A stretch of 64,000 nucleotides of DNA, from NCBI GenBank assembly GCA_037379345.1, contig CM074512.1, positions 69,957,597-70,021,596 on the forward strand. Direction: 5' to 3'. The translations under genes were made by a program, and so were the position numbers. A model generated the notes under the pieces. It was given only the letters and a program-made list of their open reading frames with translations. It made no database searches and was not told the DNA's origin. Below are positions 25,401-37,797 of the stretch, piece by piece; the stretch's first letter is position 1; every line of letters begins with the position of its first letter. Source of the DNA: Perna viridis (lineage: Eukaryota).

Positions 25401-28400
25401 GTGGTATATTTATGATATGTATTTAGTTCTCTACTTGTATATTTACAATTTTAACATGCAATTATAAACATGGTAGCAGTTTACTTTGAATCACTCTACA
25501 AGCATGTTGGTAACAAAAAATTGTAAATATTAAGTTATAGAGGCAGTTATCTTGGACTGAGAAGAAAATGAGATACAACACGTGAATCTCATGCACTTGT
25601 TTCTGGCTGGTTACTATCAAATATCATTATATGATTGTAATCTGACATTGATGGAAACAAGTGCCTGTTCTTGGGAGAGAAGATTTGTTCTGAAACATTA
25701 TTTACATAAAAAGTAATAGGTCAAACTTGAACTTCAGGGTCAAATGGCCACCCCTGTCCTATATAGTATCAAAAACATGCTGTCCTAGATCTATGAATTG
25801 AAAGAGCATATGTGTGTGTACATGTGTGAGTAATTTGCCTCCGGGCTGTCAGTTAGCAGAAGGGGTGAAACTGATTTTTCAGTATTATTTATTCAAGATA
25901 ATTTTGTGAAAAATTTCTACAATCATTGTACCATTAGCATAATGATTTTGAAAGACTTATTTCCCAAGCTTCGCAACGGTATGCAACTTTAAGATGTCAT
26001 TTGTCCTGGTAATTCACAGTGAAACTTTGAAAACTACTTTTTTAACATGTAAAGTAATGGAAATTGTGGAAGAAGAAAGTGAAATTGTCAAACAGCAAGC
26101 TATGCTAGAGGAACAACAATTCTCTTTGTATTGGCTCATGTAATCAATTTTTCATGTTAACATCGTAAACTGCAGAACGTAAGTCCGGTGAAAGAAGTTG
26201 GAATTTAAATAAACATTTAAGGTTAAGAAAGTGATTTAGGTTGAGTGAACGAGAGGTGGAGGTGGAAGTTCTTTGTAGGAATAAAGCATGAAAGAAACAG
26301 GCTTAATTCAAAAAATCATAGTGGTTTATATTCAAAAGAGAAATTCAAATTTAGGATCAAATTCAAAGAAGCATTTCAGGTTGTATTTTAAGAAGTAAAT
26401 GGGGTGGAGAGGACGAGGTTTGAAATCATGATAAGAAAACTCCTAAAGAAATTTGGATTTAAGATGGGAACTTAGGGCAAGAGGTAGAATTTTATTTGAT
26501 AATGGACAAAGGTAGATGGAAGAACACAGATATAAGCTGTTTAAAGGTCAAAATATAGGATTAAATGTTCAAAACCTTTCGATCAGTACCACTTGGTAAC
26601 AGACTTGATTCTATGACAGGAAGTACTTTTGAACATTTCCTTAATAATTTTATTTGCTAAAACAAATACTAATTACACTGTAACAAAATATATTTTTAAA
26701 CAAATGCATGACATAACTATATTGTGTAGCAATTTCATTTATTTTCTTGCATGGAGAATGAGAAAGTGTTTTTAAATGACTCTTCCAGAAAAATGATACT
26801 GCAGTTTGATGCTAAACCCCAGATGTTCATGTTTTCAGCAATTTTTTCTATCAACCTTCGATGTTAAAACAATTTCGGACTCTGTAAAAATATCCCTATA
26901 TCTTGTGTACATTGGCAGTATGCAATTAATGTATATTTCTTGAATTCAGAATAAAATGATTTAATTTTAATTTTTGATCTATTTTGCTAGTAAGCCAGGG
27001 GTTTTGAGAAACATATTTGTGAAGTTCAAATTTCTTATACAGATATTTGCTGATAAAAATCCAGAATGGGGAAATATCGTGTCTCTCTGTATGATAAAAG
27101 GTATTTTTTCTTACTTTCTGGGATTTCCCTGTCTTTTCTCTTGAAAAGCCATGAAAAAATATCATGACAAAAGTAACAAATTTCCATGACAATATTGATC
27201 AGTAAAAGTCTCTTTAGTAGTTTTTATTTAATTTAATGTCAAGTTGACACAAATAGGTGTTTTTTATACCCCCATTTTACAAGTGAGATGGGTGGGGGTA
27301 TATAGTTGCAGTCTTTTTTCTGGAATGTTTTTTTATCAACAGAGCTTGAAAAGAGACTTGTATTGTTTATGACACCTTTTTAATAAATATGCTGTTATTG
27401 GTAAAGCACTTTAAATGTACTCTTGAAAATAACTTCACTACAGTTATTTTATTTAGTATTGAAGTCTAATGCCTACATAAGCTATTTATTTTTTCATATA
27501 TGTGTTTTCAAGCTTTATATACATGTATAAGCATTGTGCATCATTGCAGGGATATGCATATGCTGCAGAAGTTTCTATATATATATTGCAGGATTTCCAG
27601 TCTTCATGTACATTGTATCACATATATGTCATTGACAGGTGTTTTTATGGAAGATTGTTGTTCTAATGAATTAGAAAAAATTAGGAACTTTCAGTATTAC
27701 ATCAATGTTAAAAAACAAGAATTTTACTTTGTTTGAGTTTGTTGACATCCTAATATATTTGCAAGACTTTCCTGAATTGAAAAAATGCAAATAAGTTTAA
27801 TTTATTTTTCAAATATGTCTTTGACTAAGCCCAATTTATTAGGCTTGCTTAATTTGCTTCCATAGTTTCAATTACATATATACACCTCATATCTCATTGA
27901 CATATTTCAAACTTGTACAAGTTTTCTTCCTTGCATAAGTGTTCAATGTATTTTCTTTCCACATTTCTTTCAGATGAATATTGTGCATGTAATAAATGTA
28001 AATGAAAAAGGGTCAAGTGTTTCTTTCTGTTTGTCTATGCATAAATTAGCATTTTGTAATATGTAGCTTGAAATATTATTGAACTTTCTATTTGTCTTTG
28101 TGTGAATTAGCATTTTTTTTTAATATGTAGCTAGAAGTATCTTATCTCTTCTGTTAAATGATCAATGACTTGCAGCGTATATCACATTTCATCATATAAC
28201 ATGAAAGGTGAACTATATTACATTTTTGTTTCGTAGAATCGCCAGCCAGCGCCACAGCCTCCTGGTCCGGGTCGACCCACGTCCATGATAGATGTATCAC
28301 GTCAGTCTTCCAGTCTCTCTAATACAGTTGTACCTTTATTAAATTCAGTGAGTCAAGTGTGAAAGTATTTTTGTTTTTGTATTGGGAATTTTCATGTGTC

Positions 28401-30278
28401 ACAAAACACAATTTTGAGTTTGATTGATAAGATGTTCTGAAATACATGAAATATCTGTCATAGGTCATGAAATTAAAATCAATCAAGTTTTAGAAGAAAT
28501 ATATATTTTCCTTTGAATTCATTTAAAGTGTGAAACATCATAACATTCCATATCTTTGTTTAATGACTTGAATTATATGTTTTGTATTACTAAGGTGGGT
28601 CATTTCTGTATATGTTTTGTCGTACTAAGGTAACTCATTTCTGTATTTTTTTGTCCAAGCAATTTAATTTCAAGTTTTCAGTCAAGACTATAGAAAGTGG
28701 GTTTATTGTGAAGTTATGAAGTTTCTTGTATTTACAAAGAACTTTCCTTTACTGCTGCAAAATGTCATCAGTATTGTAAAAGATTTGAGATTGTGTTGAT
28801 GTCACTAAGAATTTTTACAAACCAACAGAAGTCATTTTAAAAAAAGTCATGTGATGAAACAATTTTGTTTTCAAGTCTGTAGAGGATATGTGGATTGACT
28901 GAATGATCATTCAGATTACTTTTCATAGCAATAAATTAAGATTATATTGATCACTTCATCTTTATTTAATTGTCTCCTTTATATTAGTTAAAGTCAGACT
29001 ATTATGAGGATTACAGACGCAATGGAAGACCTGTTCAAAGAACAGAAACTGTTGATGAACTCAGGAATGCTTTTGAATTGGTTGAGAGGTCATGTCCTGG
29101 TATTGTAGATGAGTTTATAACAAGTGTCGTCAGTCGAATAGCATCTGTATCCCAGGGTGGTGTCGATGTCAGGCGAGCTGTAGATAAGATCAAAAGGTAA
29201 ATATTTTGAAAATATCAAAATATGTAAGATGTATTCTAAAATTCACTTGAAAAATTTAAGGAGTAGGAAATCATCCCAATTTAGTAGTCTAGGTTACCAG
29301 ATTGAATAACAAAACAAATGGAAATAAGCCATTTTTTTTTACACCTTTTTAGTTGTAGTAAAACTAGCACAGTAGATACACCTAAGTTGTCAGTGAATTG
29401 TGAAAATCTGAATGAATTTGAAAAAGCTATTTAATGTTGGTTGGAAAGATTTGTGATCATTATATTAAGGTATACCCCTGTTTTTGGACTGATAATTAGG
29501 GCATACCACCTATCTTTCAACTGGCCATTTGTTAGGGTATACCACCTATCTTTCGACTGATAATTAGAGCATATCACCTATCTTTCGACTGGCAGGTTGT
29601 TAAGGCATATCACCTACCTTTCGACTGATTATTAGGGCATACCACCTATATTTCAACTGGTTGTTATGGCATACCACCTATCTTTCGACCGGTTGTTAGG
29701 GCATACCACTATGTCCACTGTTTGTATTTCTGTTTATGCATAGAATGATATTTGTGAAATCTGAGTAATCTGACTGTTAACAGTAAGTTTTGGGACTGTC
29801 CTATCATGTACTTCAAAGCCATTCATTCAAATAGGCACAAAAATTGAACAGACATTTTAAATGATTAAGTGTACTGTGCCATTAAAGTTTGTAATACACA
29901 ACTTTCACATTCACTTCCGTTCTGGTAAAGTTCTTTAATTATATCAAAGTAAACTGGGGTTAACAGGCACAAGATCGGAAAGACATTGTAATGGGAGCCA
30001 AGGGAAACAGAAACTTGCTTCTATCACTACAAAGAATTTTTGAAGGAGAGGCATTTCAGATATTTTTATAATTGGAGATGTATTTCCACATCACTATAAC
30101 TGTTCTTGTAGCCTTTAAATCAGACATCCTGTCTTTGTCTTTTATAAAATCATATACTGTACCAGTTTCCACCTGATTAGACTGTGAAAGTCATCTATTC
30201 TAATCTGATAGAATCTTAAACATTGACTACTACACACAATCATTGAACCTTCATGTTATTTTTTCCAGACCATCATAG
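4487..30278 (+). CDS. STK26: GCKIII-family serine/threonine kinase (STK24/STK25/STK26, MST3/YSK1/MST4 orthologue), 15 coding exons, about 589 aa
   Basis: Exons with GT-AG introns and consistent phases: 4487-4504 (MMAQPQ), 9827-10066, 11419-11584, 12112-12269, 16205-16390, 17612-17757, 19625-19733, 20436-20507, 22554-22616, 23283-23357, 24249-24356, 25070-25168, 28237-28347, 28988-29196, 30269-30278 (stop TAG). Motifs [55 protein letters not shown]. Invertebrates usually have one GCKIII gene, so the symbol is the closest-looking paralogue only. Exon 1 and the linker exons are less certain than the kinase exons. Confidence 0.93.
6380..6500 (-). pseudogene. Possible remnant of a hAT-type transposase N-terminus
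   Basis: KRKLT...[22 protein letters not shown] resembles the R.F...W.....WL start of TTF-type zinc fingers of hAT transposases. No catalytic domain seen. Confidence 0.3.
9827..17757 (+). CDS. STK26: Kinase catalytic domain exons 2-6 of the GCKIII gene
   Basis: ORF-track peptides at 9782, 11377, 12105 and 16199, plus exon 17612-17757 ([13 protein letters not shown]...LIDRYKRWK), join into a full Ste20 kinase domain. Confidence 0.97.
11058..11275. repeat. 45-bp minisatellite, about 4.5 copies
   Basis: Unit ttgaacacacctattgacatactcatgggtaccagtgttattgat. Confidence 0.95.
12563..13460 (+). mobile_element. Helentron-type non-autonomous element (HINE/pearl-like)
   Basis: ttttagctca...gtgagcta hairpin head and gtc microsatellite. 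12563-13020 is a close inverted homologue of 57000-57890 and is followed by older core repeats. Confidence 0.7.
14284..14584. repeat. 41/42-bp minisatellite, about 7 copies
   Basis: Unit aaaattaagcagtagacttggg(g)ctttggaaggagttcatgt, nearly identical copies. Confidence 0.95.
15860..16220 (+). repeat. About 46-bp tandem repeat containing the splice acceptor of kinase exon 5
   Basis: About 7 units of gatatatggagtgtaatgatacattgatgttttttatttgcaggct. The last unit is the real acceptor at 16204/16205. Confidence 0.9.
17190..17512. repeat. 36-bp minisatellite, about 9 copies
   Basis: Unit gtgggaccacatg(t/a)tag(g/a)a(c/t)tgagtgt.cagg(gg/aa)tt with partly alternating variants. Confidence 0.9.
18276..18968. 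mobile_element. Kolobok-like MITE with TTAA target duplication
   Basis: Perfect 14-bp TIR agctgcattagctg / cagctaatgcagct with TTAA on both sides. Confidence 0.8.
28237..30278 (+). CDS. STK26: C-terminal CCM3/PDCD10 dimerisation domain exons of the GCKIII kinase
   Basis: [15 protein letters not shown]...[31 protein letters not shown] resembles the GCKIII tail (ELxxAxxLAExxCPGI). Confidence 0.85.
29470..29710. repeat. About 33-bp degenerate minisatellite, about 7 copies
   Basis: Recurring gggcataccacctatctttcgactg. Confidence 0.85.
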
Positions 30279-33096
30279 CAGTTAAATGTATAGTAGTAAA
30301 ACCAGTTAGCATTAAGTTAACAAACTACAGACTGAGTCAACTGTGATAACGACATTTCCGCTGTTAGAAAGTGCTGATTCAAGGTCTGAATGGAAAAAAA
30401 AAAAGATGGTGCTGTCCTTCATAATAAAACTCCCAGAGCCAGGCTTGTTACAACAGACCAGAGATGAATTGAATTCTGGGATATGTATCAATGTTCTATT
30501 TAATATTTATTGGTTTTTTTTTGTGATGGTGCCATAACATATGAGTTATTTGCAAGTCTGAGGATTTTCTGTAATGCAATTAAATTCTTTGTATTTTACT
30601 AACCAGAAAGTTCGAAAATACTCAGACTTGAGAGTTTTCAATGTCATATGGCACAAATCCTGAAGTTGGATTTCATTTGTACTAAATTTGTTACATTGAG
30701 AATTAAGACTGAAAAATCATAGTAATTCCAATAGGGCCATACATGATGATTCATTGAGACATTCAAATCTGATGTTTATTAACCACATCACAGTTGTTTT
30801 GACATAACAGTGTCTTGGAAATCATTTTAGTATCACAGCAGTATTCTGGTTTAGAAAATACCAGGCAGTACCTACATGGTAAAACAATTAATTTGCCTTT
30901 AATTCAGATTATTAATGAAATCTGATTTCAGGAGATTATCTGGGTGTCAGCTGTCACCTGTGATTTCAATCTTTACTAATTTAAATTATTACTAATTCTC
31001 AGATAAAAACTTGTTTGCCTCCCAAATATCTGTTTAATACATTGTATTTGGTTACAATATCTGATTCATTGCCATATAGATTGATAATTATTGTTGAATT
31101 AATTTGACATGCTGAAAACTAGGATCACTTTTGTTGTATATTTCATTTGATCATTTATTTATTATGTAAAATTATAGGTTTAATCTACACATGTACATGT
31201 ATAATGATTATATTTATATGATCTTATTGAATTTACTATTGATGGATTTGATGGTGGATTTTTTTTTAATTCTGGTTCCATATTTCATCTCAAAATACTG
31301 TGTTTTACTGAAAAAAAGGAAAGCATTGTCCTACCAAATACGAGACAACAGCAAGAAACAAATAATTTTAAGATTTTAAGAGTTTTGAGGTTTCCACTAT
31401 AACAGAGGAGTATAGGTGAACTTATATGCATGGATGGATATTGAATGTTAGAATCAATAAAAGAGATAATAAATGATCTACGAGAGTGTCTTTGTTAAGG
31501 ATGTGTGTTGAATATTCAAGAAAAGTGTGAAATATTGTATTAAATATATATTGTGGTATACATAGTTTAAAAAGTAATACACTTGTAGACTTGGTTCAGT
31601 AATTTGAGCCTTTGTGAAGATGCAATTCTGCATGCATGTATCATAGACTATTAGGTTTTAATCCCAGTGTCAGGCAATATATAGTTGCGATGAGAACCTT
31701 TTTATGGTGTTGATAAGAAGCGTTCAGAGTAACCAGATATTTTGACTTTAAAACCAAAGGATGAGTGCCTAGCATACATCTTGTAGAAAATCAGATTAAG
31801 TGGGGAAAAAACAGGATGTGTGCTTAGCTAACATCCTGCAGAACATCAGATTAAGTGCCAGTGGAAGAAAATGTGCCCTATGCAACACTTCAGAAGTTCA
31901 TTGTCACTAGTTTTGGGTTATGCATTGCCACCTTTTAGAGAGAAGCGGTCATGTGATAATCTTTGGCTAGTGATATTATAGGTAGCTAGATAGATAGTTC
32001 CTTAGAAAAATGGTAGTGTACAATTGCTTTGGAATTTCACTACAGAATGGTTATGTCTTTCACTGTGGAAGAACTTTTGTTCATGGATTTTACACTTCAT
32101 GGTCATACCTAGTTATATATTGGGTTTTGACTTCACAGTTTGGTTTATAATCATTATTTATGAGGAACTAATATTATGTCTTGAATGAAATCTTTGGTTT
32201 GAAAAAAAAAATAAAAAAAAAATGCTGCCATATGGACAACAATTCTTTCACAGTAGGTTATTTACATAATTCAGGGGAAAAAGTGCTTTCCTTTATTAAT
32301 TCAGGCAGCTTCTTGGCTTGGACATTCCTACTACATGTATGAAAACCTTGGAAATAGATTGTTTGCAAGCTTAAAGGAAGCATATTGTATGCCTCTTACT
32401 TTCTTTGTAGGTTTTGTTATTAAATCAGCAGAACACCTGATATTTTTGTCAATGTTTTCCATGGTTAATTTTTTTTCTCATAATACTGTTGCATTTATTT
32501 TCATCAAAGAATAATGAAGAAGCAATATACAATACTTAAAAAATGTGAAAGTGTGTGAACATAGTGAAGCAATGTTGACACCAGGTACACTTAAGTAGGG
32601 ATCCAAAATTTAATGAACTGGTTCCAGTTCTTGTTATGTAACACCCTGTCAGTAACAGTAAACAAAACAAGAGATTCCTTGTAGTAACACACCAGTATAG
32701 TCATTATATTGCTTCTTAGAAGGTTCACAAGAGCTGTTCCATTGAGATATACAAGGTATGGGGGGAAAAGCATTTTTTGCCTGTGACCCCCATAGAAACA
32801 ATTTTAAGCGATGTCTGTATACTTAATTCAGTATGTCAAGAGTTCTTGAAATTTGATTGATGTCTGCTCCCCCCATCAACTGTAAGAGTTGTTTGAATGG
32901 AACAGCCCAAATGAATGAAAAGGTAATAGTGCATTCCCGGTGAAGACAGTTAAATCCAGACTTGATAGATTTATCTCATAAAGCTATGGTAGTACTATTT
33001 ATTTTAATGTCTATCAATATTCAGGGTAGATATGTGTGGTTCTACTTCACATAAAGACAGAAAAGAAAGAATAATTTTGTTCAGAAAGAGCTGATT

Positions 33097-33178
33097 GTTA
33101 TTTCCTGATGTTGTACTCGCTGAGCAGTAGTACTTCTGTTACTTCCTGATGTTGTACTCGCTGAGCAGTAGTACTTCC
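33097..33178. repeat. Short tandem duplication in the presumptive 3' UTR
   Basis: ttcctgatgttgtactcgctgagcagtagtacttc occurs twice. Confidence 0.85.
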
Positions 33179-34885
33179 ATGGTTCTTGTAGAAATCCTAT
33201 TTTGACACTTGCTGATATTTTATTGTGAATACAGGAGTAAAAGACATAATGTTCATTCTGCTTTTAACAAGATGAAAGTTTAAAATTTTTGCTCCATTAT
33301 TCCTTTAAAACTATACACGTTATGTCAGTATGTCCTTATAATACCTTTAATATTTTCATTCAAATCATTGTTCAGTAAAGCAGCAGGTCTTTGCTGTGTT
33401 GTCATTCCTGAAAAAGCCATTCATGTTTGCAGTAAAGGATTTAGAAAATGGAATCTCCCTTTTTTGGTTTATAAAAATTCTTTATAATTACTGGTACATG
33501 GTCTCGAAACAAAAGTACTGTCAAAATTCTACTTTGTATAACTGACAATCTTAAGGGATGCTTTACTGAGGATTATGCAAGAGACCATAGTTCACCAGAT
33601 AGCCTATTTATTTACCATTTTACCTCTATGTGTAAAACTATCCATTGCTATTGGTTAGTTCAGTAATTGGGCACGTATGGGAATAATTTTGTTTATGTTA
33701 AATTTCTTTCGTGAAATAAAATATTTGCTGCCCAATATGCAGTTCTATTTTTTTTTTTTGTTTGTTTATTTTATTCTGTTTATCCATGAAATATTGCAGT
33801 GTTTTTATCATTATCAATTGTGTCACAGAACAGTAAATATGGGAGGGAAAATTTCTGCCATAATGTGTTTAACTTTTTAGAAATATTTTTAAAAGCTTAG
33901 CTATTCAAGGAATATTTGGAAATTGGGTTCAGAAATATTGATGATTTTGTGTTTGTAATGTGTTGGTCTTTGAATTAAAATATTCCAAGTGCCTTTCTGA
34001 GTTACTTTACAAATCTTTGAAAGATTTATTTGGACTTCGTAGGATTGCACATTAAAAATACTTCAAGTTGGGGCCAAATTGCTTCATTCCTTGCAGACAA
34101 TCATTATGCCTTCAGGAATAGATTAACAATTCTGTGTATATGTTGTACATATGCATTTTTTTTTTATTAAATCTGTACAGTGAATAATCTAACTTGAGAT
34201 TTTCTCCTTTTATTTGATTATTTTACATCAGCCTTTGTTATTGGTATGTCTAACTTCCTGGTGTTTTAAAGGCTAAGAAAATTAGAAACCAGCTTGTCTC
34301 AGTATTGTATTTTGAATGAATGTAAAATTTAACTGCCAAATGTTGCGAAATTGAAGAGAAATTTGAAAAATATAAATAAAAATTTCATTTATTTTTTCAT
34401 TTTTCTGTGGCTACATTATAGCTTATATATTTCTATTCGAACTCATACTATATAAACAAACCAAATGGTATTTCAGTCTTTCTTTTTTTATATCAACATA
34501 CATCAACAAAATTTGAGTTTATTTTTCAGGAAATGGCTTAGCTATGGCAAGATTTATTTCTCATTTCTTATTAGAAGTTATTGATACATAGTGTTCTATT
34601 ATTATAACATATCCAATTTTAGTACTTCATATACCTTTGTAGTGGGCAAATTTTGTTGTGAAGTATATTGAGTTTTCAGCAAACTTTGCCTCGGTTTCTT
34701 GACATGAGCTTTGTGAAATCCTAAATGTGAGGAGAAGAAATAAAGATGTATTTATTTGCATCATTAATATTATAATGATTGTATATTAACAGAATTATTG
34801 TGTAAATATTTGCTTATAGTGTATATAATATATACATAATTATATATCATATCATTCCAAAGGATTTCTCAGATGTATTACTGAA

Positions 34886-34891
34886 AATAAA
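34886..34891 (+). terminator. Candidate poly(A) signal of the kinase gene
   Basis: AATAAA followed by a T/GT-rich tract (tgttttggtttt) at the end of a long repeat-poor stretch. Other AATAAA hexamers occur upstream. Confidence 0.35.
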
Positions 34892-35014
34892 TACATTTTA
34901 ACTTGCAACTTGTTTTGGTTTTTAAACCAGGTTTATTCTTGTGTAGGTCTTCAGGTTTATTGCCAATTAATACAAGATGGTGTGTAGAAAAATATCAGTT
35001 TTGCAACTAATATT

Positions 35015-35943
35015 TATAGCTCATCTGGTGGGAAATGTGTCCATCGTCTATAAACTTTTTCAAACATCAATGAAACTACTGATAGATTGTGAACGAACTT
35101 TGCTTGAATGATCTTTAGGGTATCTTAAAGAATCTAGGAGTGGGGATTATTGATCTGGTGAAAAATATGGCCATCATTACCTAAATAGACAATTGGGGTC
35201 AAATTGCAGAATTTTGCAAATAAATGAAAAACAGATGGGCTTAGCTAAGGTCTAGTAAGCAGTAAAATTGTTCAGCATGTTGGGATGTACCTATGCCAAA
35301 ATTTTCAAAAAGATCCGATAATGAATGAACGATTTATGGGTTCTGGAATTGCTTTTTTCCCGTAATTTTACATTTCCAACTTTGAAAATCTCTTAAACTA
35401 CTGGATGAATTGAAACAAAACTAAGCTTGATAGTTACACAGAACATTTTAACAATCTGTGCATGGGAATTTTCGACTTTGCTAAAAAAACATGGCTTCCA
35501 TTACTTAAAATAGACCATAGAGGTCAAATTTCTGAATTTTGCAAATAAATAAAAAAAAAGTTGGGTTTAGCTACTATCTGGCAGGGAGTAAAAGTGTTCG
35601 GCGTGATGAGTTGAATTTTTCAGACAGATGATTGAGTTACGGGTTTTGAAATGGATTTTTTCCCAATAAAAATCGAGAATTTATGGAAATAACTTGACAC
35701 CAATGGGTTTAGCTGAAATTATGGGATAAAATTTATCAGCCTATGCTGAGATTTTCATTAAAATCTGTTGATCGATGCTGCCCTTGAAGAGTCAAAAATG
35801 ACTGAGCGATTTATTTTATTATATGAAAACCAGGTGGATAACCAAGATACTCTAGCAACAATAGTACAGTAGGAACAAGAGTCCAGCTTTAGAAAGCTTA
35901 AAAGACTATTTTTGACCTGGTGAGTAATTCAGAGCCTCTAGTT
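35015..35943 (+). mobile_element. Older Helentron-type non-autonomous element between the genes
   Basis: tagctcatctg head, two core repeats sharing aaatagac...ggtcaaa with the 12.6 and 57 kb copies, ggtgag...gagcctctagtt tail. Confidence 0.6.
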
Positions 35944-37797
35944 ATTTTATTCATGTTTGAGGTAGAGGAGTAACAAGATGTTGCTTGCTATGTTGTGTTT
36001 AGAATACTGTCACACCTGAAAAGGGGAGATACAGCAATAGTCATCTTGCAAAAGCACTGTGCCATATATCAAACATTCCCTCAAATAGAATCTTGAGAGA
36101 TCTGTAACAGATGGACAGGCAAGGTGATTGCTATATTGCCCTCGCTCTACACAGGAAAAATTGCAACATGTTTTCATATGTTTTTAAACATTGGGAAACA
36201 TGTTAAAAAGTTCTTAGAACTGGTATGGAAATATATCCATTTTTGCCCATTAAAACTCATTAACTGCATAATTTCCCAAATTAAAATGAAAATGTATGCC
36301 TTTAATGATTGAAATCCTCATAATGGTAAATTGCAAATTTCAAATGCCAATTTTATCACTACAGGAATTTAACTTGTAATACCAAGCAAGGACCTTTTTA
36401 GTTTTGTATTTTTAACAACATTTCTTCATTAAAAAATATATAAAGCACGAATGCCCTTCAAACCCTTAACATATACAACACATACAGATACATTTCACTT
36501 GGAAATGTGACTACTACACCCAGTTAAATAGTTCAGGGGAAAGCATTGGTATTCCATTGATGTAATGACTATTACACCATTAAATGTCTCAGGTAGTTAA
36601 CTGGACGATTGACAAGGACTTATCAAGAGTTTACAAATATTTTTACTTAGACCTTGTGTCTAGGCAAGCTGAAAATTAGGAAAAAAAAACAAGAAATGAA
36701 GGTGTGAAAATACATACAAGAGATGAGGGACACGAAGCATTTTTAAATCCAAGGGGAGACAAAAATCCATGAACTCCTTGGATTTTTTTTTAATAGCATA
36801 TACAATGATGATGTCCAGGGAATGGAGTAGGTCTTCTCTTAATAAAATCAGGATTACTTGATCAACTTCTTCAGTGCATGTACATGTAATTGACTGGTTC
36901 AACATCTATTTTAAAAGAAGGTGTACAGCTCCTTCTAAATTGTTCAATTAACCAGACAGTACCTAATATTTTGGTGATAATTATCAATGGGGCTCTATCC
37001 TGTCCACAGTAACTGCTGTCACAGATAAGAGAAAGAGTACACACAAATATTTTTCAAGTACTATTTTAATATCATACTTTAACAATTTAATTCAAAATCT
37101 CAACAATAATGTACACTTGAATTAGCCTCCATCACAATAAAGAGACCATTTGATTTGCACATGCCCTTTTTTTAAAACTTGATCTTCATGTATACAGAAA
37201 ATTCAACTAAAAATTTGGAAAATACAACTCCAATTTCTGATAATAATTGATTTAAAATAAAAAAAAATTTCTGTATTTAGAATTTCAATAAATGATGTCA
37301 TCTGGTAAAAATTTTCTTGTTCTCTTCGGCACTTTCTTTTAAACAGCTTTAACTCTTGAACATCACAATTTAATACTGACCAAGTGAATTTGTTTCTTTG
37401 CAGATCAAAAATATTTCATTGACTTTCCTGTGATATATAATCAAATTTATACAAATAATAAAAAACAATTTCTTATACCATCAAAAATCTAATTTTCAAT
37501 TTGTTCCATTGCGTCACTTAATATGATAAGCTATTAGCACATAAGATTTGGCACTTCAACATATTTAACAACGGCTGAACACACAAGTTTTGAACTAAGT
37601 AAAAACCTAGTCCATTTTTTTTAATGCCCTACCACTCCAACATCAGGGCCATCCCGAGCTGTCAATTTAATGACACCTGTTGTCACTACCATATTACACT
37701 GTTGGGGTAACAGTTGTCCCATTCAGAGATCATAAATGTGAACACATGATAAAGATGGTTTTGATGACTGAGAATTCAATGTCCCTTCACTGACCTT

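Noticed and set aside
26057-26620. Purine-rich stretch with a short ORF ([21 protein letters not shown]...) in a kinase intron
   Set aside because: Early stop codons, no phase-compatible splice sites found and no recognisable homology. It may be decayed TE sequence.
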